Assembly (NCBI GenBank): GCA_035262505.1
Contig: DATFSR010000017.1
Coordinates: 46,175 to 110,174, forward strand
Length of the DNA stretch: 64,000 bases
DNA from: Candidatus Acidiferrum sp.
Lineage (GTDB): Bacteria > Acidobacteriota > Terriglobia > Acidiferrales > UBA7541
Direction: 5' to 3'
The notes under the pieces were generated by a model. That model was not told where the DNA came from and did no database searches. It saw nothing but the letters and a program-made list of their open reading frames with translations. Positions 20,491-29,242 of the stretch are shown here, in pieces. Each line of letters starts with the position of its first letter. Position 1 is the stretch's first letter. Position numbers and translations under genes: made by a program.

Positions 20491-21312
20491 ATGACGAACA
20501 CCAGAGAAAGTCTTGTGAAGCGGTATCCCGTGGCGGCCTATTTCATTCTGACGTTCGGCATTTCCTGGCTGGGCGCTCTCGCAGTGGTGGCGCCAAAGCT
20601 CTTGCGTGGGGAATCCATTCCCAAATTCAGCGGAATTCTGATGTTTCCGGTGATGTTGCTGGGACCGGTCGTGAGCGGAATCGTGCTGACGCGAGTGGTA
20701 GATGGACCCTGTGGTTTGCGCGACCTTTTTTCGCGGATGCGGCGGACTCGCGTGGGAGCGCGATCTTACGCGCCGCTACTGATTCCGCCAGTGACCGTCT
20801 TCCTCGTTCTCTTTATCTTGAAGACCTTTGTCTCGTCCGTGTTTGCGCCCAACCGGTTCTTTGCTGGAGTCTCGTTCGGCATCGTGGCAGGATTTTTCGA
20901 AGAAATCGGTTGGACAGGCTTCGCGTTTCCCAAAATGGCAAAAACTTCGAATGCGCTGCCACCAGCCGTCACCCTTGGCGTGCTGTGGGGGTGTTGGCAC
21001 ATTCCGGTGATCGACTTCCTGGGGACAGCAACTCCACACGGCATTTATTGGCTGCCGTATTTCCTGGCGTTCACCGCGGCAATGACGGCGGTGCGGGTGC
21101 TGATTGGCTGGATGTACATAAACACCGGAAGTGTTGCGCTTGCGCAGTTGATGCATGCCAGTTCGACAGGTTCGTTGGTGGTGCTAAGCCCGGCAGGTGC
21201 TACAGCAGCACAAGAAGCGGTGTGGTACGCGATTTACGCCGCGGCCTTGTGGGTGATGGTGGCGGCTGTGACTGCGATATTTGGCACGGTCTTAACGCGA
21301 AAAGGCTCTTAG
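20491..21312 (+). CDS. CPBP (Abi/CAAX) intramembrane glutamic/metalloprotease
   Basis: FEEIGWTG, WGCWHIP, QLMHAS motifs; multiple TM segments. Confidence 0.9.
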   Translation: MTNTRESLVKRYPVAAYFILTFGISWLGALAVVAPKLLRGESIPKFSGILMFPVMLLGPVVSGIVLTRVVDGPCGLRDLFSRMRRTRVGARSYAPLLIPPVTVFLVLFILKTFVSSVFAPNRFFAGVSFGIVAGFFEEIGWTGFAFPKMAKTSNALPPAVTLGVLWGCWHIPVIDFLGTATPHGIYWLPYFLAFTAAMTAVRVLIGWMYINTGSVALAQLMHASSTGSLVVLSPAGATAAQEAVWYAIYAAALWVMVAAVTAIFGTVLTRKGS

Positions 21313-21454
21313 CCTCAACCGGCGAAGCGAGTCCATTCTCCAGACACACCTGTCCTGCAGTGCAGGCTTACTTTCTGGGAATACCGGTCAAAAATACGCA
21401 CCAGCCAAGACCGCCCGGGCTGATGATGAGAGCACAGCCCGAAAGGCGGGAAAT

Positions 21455-22051
21455 ATGGATCGTACTAAGCTGGCCGAACCCTCCTCCGGCAACCTCACCT
21501 CCGCCGCCGTTGCCGAGCGGCAGGCCGAAGCAAGAGAAATTGCGGAGTCTATAGCTGGTTCACGGGCCGCGGACCCAGCAAAGGCATCACGCTATTCCCC
21601 GGTAACTGTACCGGGCAGGGCCGCGCCCGCCTCGTCACCCGTTAACGATTTCCGCGATTTCCTCAACCAGACCAAGCGCGTCTGGCTGATGGTCGTGGGA
21701 GCGATTGTCGGATTCATTGTTCTGGTTACGCTGGCACAGCGCGGGTTCGAGTGGATCGGCAAGAAACAAGAGCGTCGGCACGAACAAGCTGTCGCTAGCG
21801 TGACGCCGGAACACTTGCTTGCGCGCTGCGGTCAGCCGGCGGAAGACACCACCAGGAATTTGTATCCCATCCTGATGCGCACGATGGTCTACCAAATCAG
21901 CCGGAACGAAGCTTACACCTTTGGCTTCAGCCGGACGGCGGAAGAGCAGAGCGACTGGGTGTTTCTCTCCATGAAGGACGCAAGCGGCAAAAGCTACGAG
22001 ACTGCCGAGGAAAAAGTCGCGGCGATGTCCTGTTTAAATTCGCGCAAATAA
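21455..22051 (+). CDS. Hypothetical single-pass membrane protein
   Basis: One TM (VWLMVVGAIVGFIVLVTLA), followed by a domain with two Cys. Confidence 0.65.
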   Translation: MDRTKLAEPSSGNLTSAAVAERQAEAREIAESIAGSRAADPAKASRYSPVTVPGRAAPASSPVNDFRDFLNQTKRVWLMVVGAIVGFIVLVTLAQRGFEWIGKKQERRHEQAVASVTPEHLLARCGQPAEDTTRNLYPILMRTMVYQISRNEAYTFGFSRTAEEQSDWVFLSMKDASGKSYETAEEKVAAMSCLNSRK

Positions 22052-22190
22052 GCGATTCGATTTCCGGTATCTCAGGCCCACGAAAAACCGTTTTTCGAAC
22101 GGCAGGGATGTTCTTGCCCGCGGCAAAAACTGCTTTGCACCGCAAAGAATAAGGAAGCAAGGACCTAACGTGGCCCAGCATCGACGCCGG

Positions 22191-24806
22191 TTATTCCTCG
22201 CGCAGCACCTGCATCGGGTCGACGCGCGCGGCGCGAACCGCGGGCGCGAGACAGGCAATCCCCGCGACAACCAGCACCAGGAGAATGACAGCGGACAAGG
22301 TCGCGACATCGGTCGGCGAGACTCCATAAAGCATTCCCGAGAGCCCTCGCGTGAAAGCAACTGCCAGGCCCCAACCTGCAAGACAGCCGAGCACCGTCAC
22401 GCGGAGCCCTTGAAAGAGAAATTGCTTAATGATTTGCTCTCGCAAAGCCCCCAGAGCGAGACGCAAACCCACCTCCCGACGCCGGACGCTTACCGTGTAG
22501 CTGAGTGTTCCGTACAAGCCTACACAAGCAAGCGAAAGGGCTGTGGCCGCAAAGAAGCTCAGCAGCAGGGTACGCAAGCGCTCTTCCCCAAACGCTTCGT
22601 CCAGGCGCGCAGCCAGCAGCTTGACGTCAAACACTGACCGGCCTGGTTCGATATCGTGAACCTTTCGGCGGAGCGTTTCGGTCATGGTCATGGGATCCGT
22701 GCGCGTCCGTACCATGTAGTACGGATCGGGATCAAAACCGTTGCCACACCAATAGACAGTGGGAGTGGGTTCACGATTTACCGCTTCCTCTCGCGCGTCG
22801 CCCACGATCCCTCGAATTTCCCCCGGCCCTAGGAATGCGTTGCTCATCGCGGCTTGCAAGTGGCGGCCAAGAACCGCCGAACCAGCCAGATAAGCGTTCG
22901 CAAAACTGCGATTGACCAGAGCGCCGGTTTCCTGCGACCCAAAACCTTTGCGGCAGTCTTCTCCCTCGAGAAGCGGAATCTTTGTCGCAGCGAGATAGCC
23001 ATCCGAAATAAAGCGATTGTTGGCCAAGATTTTGTGGCCCGGAGTTGATTCCCCGTCTGTGAATCTCAGTTCCACCTCATAATTGCGAGCGAGCCCTGGC
23101 AGGCCAGACGAAGTTGCAACCGCCTCCACGCCCGGCTCGCTCCGCAGCGCGTCAATGGTCCCATCGATTCTTTGTGCCAGGGTCCTGGGGTTGGCGGTCT
23201 CCGCATAAGAGCCTGTGACGTGAAAAGTCAGAACCTGGCTGGAGTCAAAGCCGGGCGACACTCGCTCCAGTGCCTGAAAGCTCTTGAGGAACAGTCCCGC
23301 ACCCGCCAACAGCGTCACCGCGAGCATCACCTGGACGCCGACAAGCAGCCATTGCAGCGGATAACGTCCCGCAACTTGGCCTCGCCCGGTTTTCGCCAGG
23401 GAATTGGATAAATTTCCGCGGGTACTGCGTATCGCGGGGAACAAACCGCACAGGAGTGTCGCAACGACTGAACATATGAGGGTGTAAAGCACAATTCGTG
23501 CGTCGAGCCGAATCTCATCCACCCGCGGGAGGTTTCCCGCGAGGAACTCGAACACTTTGGAGGCAGCGCCGGCGACAATCAATCCAAGGACCGCCCCGGC
23601 CAGGGCAAGAACAAACGCTTCGGTCAACAGTTGCAACACGACTGCCGCGCGCGGAGCGCCGAGCGAGAACCGCACCGAGATTTCATGTTCCCGCTGCTGC
23701 GCTCGGGCCAGGAGTAGCGTCACGATATTCGTGCATGCGATCAGCAAAAGCACCGAAACCGAACCGAACAGCAACCACAGCGAGCTGCGTACGCCGCCGA
23801 CAGTGGTTTCCTTGAGCGGCTCAATCGATACGCCCAGGTCCGCATCCGTCTTGGGATACGCGTTCGCGAGTTGCGCCTGGACGGTGGCCAGGTCAGCCCG
23901 TGCCTGCTGCAAACTCACGCCGCGTTTCAACCGCCCGATCGTCAGATACCACGTAACGTCTCTGTTCTCCGTGTAGGGTCCGCCGAGGGGTGTAGGAATC
24001 CACAGATCCGCGTCGCGGTCCGGGAATAAAAATGAAGGAGGCATAACACCGACAATGGCGCAGGAAAACTTGTTGGACGTATCCAGAGTAACTTTTCTTC
24101 CCAACACACTTGGATCGGCACCGAAGCGGTTTCGCCAGAACCGGTCGCTTATCAGAACGGCGCTTGGCCCGCCCCAACGTTGTTCTTCCGGGGTGAAATC
24201 GCGGCCCAACTCGGGCGCAACTCCCCAAACCTGCAAAAAGCGTGGCGCCACAAAGGCCGCCGTCACTTTTTCCGGGAGGATGCCGGAAGTCTCCGATTCA
24301 TCCTCGGTGTAGTACCCCGTGATGGCCTGAAACGTGGAGTTCATCCGGTTCCAATCCTGCAGGCGGGCGGGGGCCAGCCGCCCCAAGGGTGCCTGGACCT
24401 TGCGATGGAACTGCTCGAGGCGCATCAATTGATCGCCCTCGGGATACGGCAGCGGCCGCAGCAACACTGCGTCGATCGCGGAAAAGACCGCGCTGTTCGC
24501 GCCAATGCCCAGGGCTAGCGTCAGGATGACCACGAGGGAAAAAGACGGAGACTTGCGGACGAAGCGCCAAGCCCATCGGAAATTCTTCAGCGCCGTTTCC
24601 AGGACAGGAATGCGCTGGACATCCCGCAATTCCTCTTTAATCTGCTCGGCGCCGCCGAATTCCAGCACCGCCCGCCGCCGCGCCTCTTCCCGCGTCATGC
24701 CCGCAGCGATGTTTTCATCGGTGAGTTTCTCGATGTGGAAGCGGAGTTCGGAATCGTACTGCGGGTCAAGCGTGCGCTTGCGAAAAGAAAATCTCCACGA
24801 CGGCAT
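22191..24806 (-). CDS. ADOP-type ABC transporter permease with N-terminal permease-prefix domain
   Basis: ELRFHIE…GMTREEARRRAVLEFGG, LTLALGIGANSAVFS, LLIACTNIV, RRREVGLRLALGA, RAARVDPMQVLREE. Confidence 0.93.
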   Translation of the reverse strand: MPSWRFSFRKRTLDPQYDSELRFHIEKLTDENIAAGMTREEARRRAVLEFGGAEQIKEELRDVQRIPVLETALKNFRWAWRFVRKSPSFSLVVILTLALGIGANSAVFSAIDAVLLRPLPYPEGDQLMRLEQFHRKVQAPLGRLAPARLQDWNRMNSTFQAITGYYTEDESETSGILPEKVTAAFVAPRFLQVWGVAPELGRDFTPEEQRWGGPSAVLISDRFWRNRFGADPSVLGRKVTLDTSNKFSCAIVGVMPPSFLFPDRDADLWIPTPLGGPYTENRDVTWYLTIGRLKRGVSLQQARADLATVQAQLANAYPKTDADLGVSIEPLKETTVGGVRSSLWLLFGSVSVLLLIACTNIVTLLLARAQQREHEISVRFSLGAPRAAVVLQLLTEAFVLALAGAVLGLIVAGAASKVFEFLAGNLPRVDEIRLDARIVLYTLICSVVATLLCGLFPAIRSTRGNLSNSLAKTGRGQVAGRYPLQWLLVGVQVMLAVTLLAGAGLFLKSFQALERVSPGFDSSQVLTFHVTGSYAETANPRTLAQRIDGTIDALRSEPGVEAVATSSGLPGLARNYEVELRFTDGESTPGHKILANNRFISDGYLAATKIPLLEGEDCRKGFGSQETGALVNRSFANAYLAGSAVLGRHLQAAMSNAFLGPGEIRGIVGDAREEAVNREPTPTVYWCGNGFDPDPYYMVRTRTDPMTMTETLRRKVHDIEPGRSVFDVKLLAARLDEAFGEERLRTLLLSFFAATALSLACVGLYGTLSYTVSVRRREVGLRLALGALREQIIKQFLFQGLRVTVLGCLAGWGLAVAFTRGLSGMLYGVSPTDVATLSAVILLVLVVAGIACLAPAVRAARVDPMQVLREE

Positions 24807-24815
24807 GACAGGCTC

Positions 24816-25151
24816 CTATTGCGCGGTCTGAAGAATGCTGGCCACCGCACCGGCCAGACGGTTCCAATTCCATTCTTCTTTTTTTAATTGTTGCTTGCCT
24901 TTCGCCGACAGTTTGTAGAACTTCGCTTGGCGGCCGTTCTCGGACTCACCCCACTCCGCCGCGAGCCAGCCGCGCTTCTCCAGGCGGTGAAGGGCCGGAT
25001 AGAGGGAGCCCTGCTGTACCAGGAGCACCTCTTTGGAAATTTGCCGCAGGCGCTGCGAGATGCCGTAGCCGTGAATCGGGCCAAGCGTCACGATTTTCAG
25101 GATCAGCATGTCCAGCGTGCCCTGGAGCAAATCCGATTTCTCAATCGGCAT
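24816..25151 (-). CDS. PadR family transcriptional regulator (acidobacterial type)
   Basis: LLQGTLDMLILK, HGYGISQRL, QGSLYPALHRLE, SENGRQAKFY. SD AGGAGG before ATG 25151. Confidence 0.93.
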   Translation of the reverse strand: MPIEKSDLLQGTLDMLILKIVTLGPIHGYGISQRLRQISKEVLLVQQGSLYPALHRLEKRGWLAAEWGESENGRQAKFYKLSAKGKQQLKKEEWNWNRLAGAVASILQTAQ

Positions 25152-25162
25152 CGCGTTCCTCC

Positions 25163-25206
25163 TAGACATTCGACACATATAACCCACCGATAGGTAGATT
25201 GTCAAG
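25163..25206 (-). promoter_or_regulatory. padR promoter with two putative operator boxes
   Basis: TTGACA -35 on the minus strand; two related pseudo-palindromes TAGAcatTCGA (25163-25173) and TAGAttgTCAA (25195-25205). Confidence 0.55.
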
Positions 25207-25444
25207 GAGAGACCTGCTGCGTGAGAGACCTCCTGCGGACTTTTGGAAGGGGCGAGCCTGGAGACCGGGCGGGAGGACGCTTGCCACCAACCGCGCCTTA
25301 CTGCCGGAGATCTCGAGGCGAAGTTGCTTTTGTTCGCAAGGAGTGAGCCGGGGCGCGCCGCGCCTGTTCGCGCTGGCAACCATATCGTAATACGATACGT
25401 CTCAATAAGTAGGCGGGCTTAAAGGGAAGTCGGGATCGCCGCTA

Positions 25445-25798
25445 TTGTTGGAGGGTTTTGTGAAGGCCGGGCCCAACCAAGGGGAGTTGCGAATCCACAG
25501 GGGCAGTTATGGCCCCTTGCAGTGCAGTCTGGCCTCGCCTGCCCCGGGCACCGACGCAAAATTCCGCCGCTGGAATGTGGTGCTGATTGCAATTCTCGCC
25601 TTCATCGTTTTGGGAGCTTTTGTAGCCGCCGAAGCTCCGCGCACTGCCCGCAGTACAAATGCTCCCCTTAAGGAAAATAGGAACCCTGCCGCCGTCCAAC
25701 ACGCCGACTCGAGCAAAAGTGAACCGCCACCGATTCACACCCGCAGTGGCTCTGGAAATCTCAACAAGGAAGTCTCGAGCAATCATCATACCGGCTGA
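25445..25798 (+). CDS. Hypothetical membrane/secreted protein (start uncertain)
   Basis: Hydrophobic segment WNVVLIAILAFIVLGAFVAA; inverted repeat at 25796-25837 right after the stop. Confidence 0.4.
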   Translation: MLEGFVKAGPNQGELRIHRGSYGPLQCSLASPAPGTDAKFRRWNVVLIAILAFIVLGAFVAAEAPRTARSTNAPLKENRNPAAVQHADSSKSEPPPIHTRSGSGNLNKEVSSNHHTG

Positions 25799-25962
25799 TT
25801 TCGAAGGCGTTTCGGGAGGCGGCCTCGCCTGAAATCATCCCCATTCCTATTGGCGACACGTCGCCGGGCAAACCCGCGTGAACGGCTAGTCCGATTCCTC
25901 AGCGAACGGCCACGGGCAAAAGACTGGTTTCGTCGGGCACAAATCTCTTAGAATAAATTTGT

Positions 25963-26039
25963 GCGCCCGTAGCTCAACTGGATAGAGCATCAGATTTCTA
26001 ATCTGAGGGTTCGGGGTTCGAGTCCCTGCGGGCGTACCA
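25963..26039 (+). tRNA. tRNA-Arg (anticodon TCT)
   Basis: Cloverleaf: GCGCCCG/CGGGCGT acceptor stem, D arm GCTC/GAGC, anticodon arm TCAGA-TTTCTAA-TCTGA, T arm with TTCGAGT, encoded CCA; 77 nt. Confidence 0.96.
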
Positions 26040-26245
26040 CTCTCAATTGCCCCTCCCATTGGATTAGTCCTCCCGCGATTTCGACCTCTGCAGTGAACTT
26101 GGGAACATCTGGGAGGAAGTGATTTTCGAGTTGATTGACGGCCTGACACCGGTTGCACGTGCGCAACCCACGCGATTCTGATGCTTGGCGCGGCGGAACG
26201 TTTGCGCTAGGCTAGGTCGCATTCCCACCTAAGGAGCCATGCGCA

Positions 26246-26872
26246 ATGACGCAACAAACCCCAGTGCAAGCAGATTTGACGTGTTCGCAATGCGGACGGA
26301 CGTTCGCGCGATCGGATTTGGTGCTGGTCGCCGGAAATTGGGTGTGCGGGGGCTGCAAGCCTGCTTTTTTGAGCAAGGTTATGGCGGAAGGCCCGGGCGC
26401 GGCCACATCTTTTCGCTACGCAGGTGTAGGCATTCGATTCGGCGCACGCTTCATTGATGCCTTAATATTTACTGTCCCTATCCTGATCCTCGCCGCTGTT
26501 CTGATACCAAATCTCTTCCGGATTCAGAACCAACCGCCAGACCCGGCGATCGCAGCTTTCGTTCTGATCCTGTTTGCGCTTGGTTTCCTTGCGGCGATTT
26601 CCTATGAGGTGCTGATGCTGAAGTACCGTGGCGCAACGCTTGGGAAGATGGCCTGTGGGCTAAAAGTTGTCCGCGCCGGCGGCGGTGACCTGGGCTGGGG
26701 CGTGTCCTTCGGCCGCTTTTTCATGTGGAATGTTGTCACCCAGGGCGTCCCTTACTTGAACATGATCCTCACGTTGATTAGCACGATCATGGCGGGCGTG
26801 GATGAACAGAAGCGGTCGCTGCATGATCGCGTTTGCGACACGCGGGTGATCTATAAACAGGCCGCGGCGTGA
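26246..26872 (+). CDS. RDD family membrane protein with N-terminal CxxC-x16-CxxC zinc ribbon (copy 1)
   Basis: CSQC…VCGGC; RFGARFID, GATLGKMACGLKVV, RSLHDRVCDTRV. Confidence 0.88.
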   Translation: MTQQTPVQADLTCSQCGRTFARSDLVLVAGNWVCGGCKPAFLSKVMAEGPGAATSFRYAGVGIRFGARFIDALIFTVPILILAAVLIPNLFRIQNQPPDPAIAAFVLILFALGFLAAISYEVLMLKYRGATLGKMACGLKVVRAGGGDLGWGVSFGRFFMWNVVTQGVPYLNMILTLISTIMAGVDEQKRSLHDRVCDTRVIYKQAAA

Positions 26873-27034
26873 GTTTTGACTTAGCCTTTTAACTTCCCGC
26901 GAGGAGAGTTTTGACGCGCCTGGCTCCTGGAGCGAGTCCTGTCGCGCGGTTGCCGCGGGGCACGCCGGGACGGTGGCGTGCCCGAACGGCGGCGCTGATT
27001 TGGCCCCCAATGGAGACGGAGAGGCTGGCGCTAG
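26869..27034 (+). pseudogene. Degenerate 5' fragment of the zinc-finger gene at 27656
   Basis: Aligns by eye with 27656-27815; frameshift gives TAA after 7 codons; CPGC has become CPNG. Confidence 0.75.
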
Positions 27035-27047
27035 GGAGGATTAATCT

Positions 27048-27659
27048 ATGAATCAGCAGATCTCAGCGCAAGCAGATTTGGCGTGTTCGCAATGCGGACG
27101 GGTGTTCGCGCAGTCGGATTTGGTGCAGATCGCCGGAAGCTGGGTGTGCGGAGACTGCAAGCCTGCGTTTTTGAGCAGGGTCATGGCGGGCGGCGCCGCC
27201 ACCGCCCCTACGTGGCAATATGGCGGGTTCTGGATACGAGTCGTGGCGCGGTTGATTGACACCGTTATCCTGTACGTGGCCCAAATCCCTATTCAGCTTC
27301 TCTTTATCGGCCGCGTGTTATTTCCCGGCACCAGGCCGCCTGCTGAGTCGGCCACGGCTCTGATCTCGGCGACTCTATGGGTTACGCTCGCTAACTGGGC
27401 CCTCCGGGGCGGTTACGAAGTTTTGATGCTCAGGTATTTGGGCGCAACTGTGGGGAAGATGGCGGTCGGCCTTAAGGTGGTCCGAGCCGACGGCAGCGGA
27501 CTTGGCTGGGGTGTCGCGGTGGGCCGTTTCTTTATGTACATCGTGAGCGGAATCATCCTGGCCATCGGCTACATCATGGCTGGCTTTGATCCGGAGAAAC
27601 GCGCGCTGCATGATCGAGTATGCGATACCCGAGTGATCTATAAACGGGGCACGGCGTGA
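27048..27659 (+). CDS. RDD family membrane protein with N-terminal zinc ribbon (copy 2)
   Basis: CSQC…VCGDC; FWIRVVARLID, GATVGKMAVGLKVV, RALHDRVCDTRV; SD GGAGG. Confidence 0.88.
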   Translation: MNQQISAQADLACSQCGRVFAQSDLVQIAGSWVCGDCKPAFLSRVMAGGAATAPTWQYGGFWIRVVARLIDTVILYVAQIPIQLLFIGRVLFPGTRPPAESATALISATLWVTLANWALRGGYEVLMLRYLGATVGKMAVGLKVVRADGSGLGWGVAVGRFFMYIVSGIILAIGYIMAGFDPEKRALHDRVCDTRVIYKRGTA

Positions 27660-28321
27660 GTCTTAACATTAACCTTTTCACTCCCAGTGAGGACAGTTCC
27701 AACGCGACTGGCTCCTCCATGAATGCTCGGCAGCCCCGTGCCACACCAGGGACGGTTTCCTGTCCAGGCTGCGGCGGGGATTTGGCCCCAGGTGAGCGGG
27801 AGACGGCCTGGCAGATTTGTCCCTTTTGCCAGACGCGAATGCAAATCGCCCACTGGCCCTCGACGTCACAGAGTGAAAATGCTGTAGCCGCCATGCCGGA
27901 TCAAGCGACGTGCTTCTTTCATCCGGACAAGGCGTACCAGGCTTGCTGTCAGCGGTGCGGCCGATTCGTATGTGCTCTGTGCGATTTGCAGTTGGGAGCA
28001 GAGCATGTTTGCCCCACCTGTTTCGAGCGCGGGCGCGCCTCGTCCGGGACGGACGGGGTTAAGGCGGAATGGCGGCACCGCGACGTGCTCTATGATTCGA
28101 TCGCGCTGTCGGTCGGCTGGGGTTGGATCATCTTCTGGCCAACCTTTGTCGTCGCGCTCCCGATGGTAATCTTTCTTCACGCGAAATATCGCAAGGCTCC
28201 GCGCCAGTTCCTCATCCCACGATCTGGCTGGCGCTTCTGGTTCGCCTACTTTGGCTTGTTTTGGGTGCCTGCATTGATTCTGATACCGCTGTGGGTGACG
28301 CGCCTGATGCTTAAACATTGA
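27656..28321 (+). CDS. Zinc-ribbon plus B-box-like zinc-finger membrane protein
   Basis: CPGC…CPFC, then CFFHPDKAYQACCQRCGRFVCALC…VCPTC, then two C-terminal TM segments; GTGA overlap. Confidence 0.8.
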   Translation: MSLNINLFTPSEDSSNATGSSMNARQPRATPGTVSCPGCGGDLAPGERETAWQICPFCQTRMQIAHWPSTSQSENAVAAMPDQATCFFHPDKAYQACCQRCGRFVCALCDLQLGAEHVCPTCFERGRASSGTDGVKAEWRHRDVLYDSIALSVGWGWIIFWPTFVVALPMVIFLHAKYRKAPRQFLIPRSGWRFWFAYFGLFWVPALILIPLWVTRLMLKH

Positions 28322-28878
28322 CGACCATGACTCCGTTCCGAAAAATTTCGCGTGTAGGCAGCCTTATGGGAACCACCAGATGGTACCTGAGTGAGGATTG
28401 CCTGCTGGCGTGCAAAGGCAACTACACGGTGGAGTACCGGCGGTTCTACTTGCGCGACTTGGAGTCCATTGTGGTGTGGCCCGACCGTATGTGGCTCTTG
28501 CGGATCATCCCCGGCGGGCTATTTGGAGCGCTCAGCATACCCCTGTGGCTTTGGGTCAATGTTACGTCTGGCGGGATTTTCGCCGGCCTCGGCCTGGCGG
28601 GGGTTGCTTTGGAACTGGCGCTAGGACCGACAGCCAAGTCGCGTATTCGAACTACCGGAGCAAGCGTTGACTTGCCGTTAGTGAGACGAACCCGCCGCGC
28701 ACGCCGGATCCTTGCGAAAATAGACGCGGCTGTTCGCCTTGCCAAAGGCGCCGTGGCGGGGAAACCGATTGCTACGACGGCCGGACCGCAGCCCGCAGAA
28801 CCCTCCACTCAGACGCGCCCCGAACCTGCTTCCGTAGCCGCTCCTATCGCGGATCCCACTGGGACTAATGGCTCCTAA
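28318..28878 (+). CDS. Hypothetical two-TM membrane protein
   Basis: YRRFYLRDLESIVV followed by two TM segments; coupled to both neighbours. Confidence 0.7.
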   Translation: MTTMTPFRKISRVGSLMGTTRWYLSEDCLLACKGNYTVEYRRFYLRDLESIVVWPDRMWLLRIIPGGLFGALSIPLWLWVNVTSGGIFAGLGLAGVALELALGPTAKSRIRTTGASVDLPLVRRTRRARRILAKIDAAVRLAKGAVAGKPIATTAGPQPAEPSTQTRPEPASVAAPIADPTGTNGS

Positions 28879-29242
28879 CACGCCAGCTACTCCCTCCGGC
28901 TTTTCCGCCCCGGCGAGCTTGCGCCATGCGCGCTGTTTGTTTCATCCGCTGCGCGAAGCGGCGGCGCGTTGCCCGCACTGCGGAGGAACGTTCTGCCGCG
29001 AATGCGTAACGGACGAGGATAATAGGCTCGCGTGTCCGCCTTGCCTGCGCCGGATGATGCACCCGCCTGCAAAGCCGGCGCCGGGCCGCAGGTTCCTGCA
29101 GGTCCTTGCCGGACTTGCCGCGCTTGTCTGTCTGGCGGTCCTTTTTTTTGCGTTACTGCGCTGGAGAGTGAACACTCCGGAGGCGCATTTGGATCTGCTC
29201 GTTTCCGCCGATGACCAAACAGGCGGACGAAACCATGAGTGA
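28868..29242 (+). CDS. B-box-like zinc-finger single-TM protein
   Basis: CLFHPLREAAARCPHCGGTFCRECV…ACPPC followed by one TM. Confidence 0.78.
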   Translation: MAPNTPATPSGFSAPASLRHARCLFHPLREAAARCPHCGGTFCRECVTDEDNRLACPPCLRRMMHPPAKPAPGRRFLQVLAGLAALVCLAVLFFALLRWRVNTPEAHLDLLVSADDQTGGRNHE

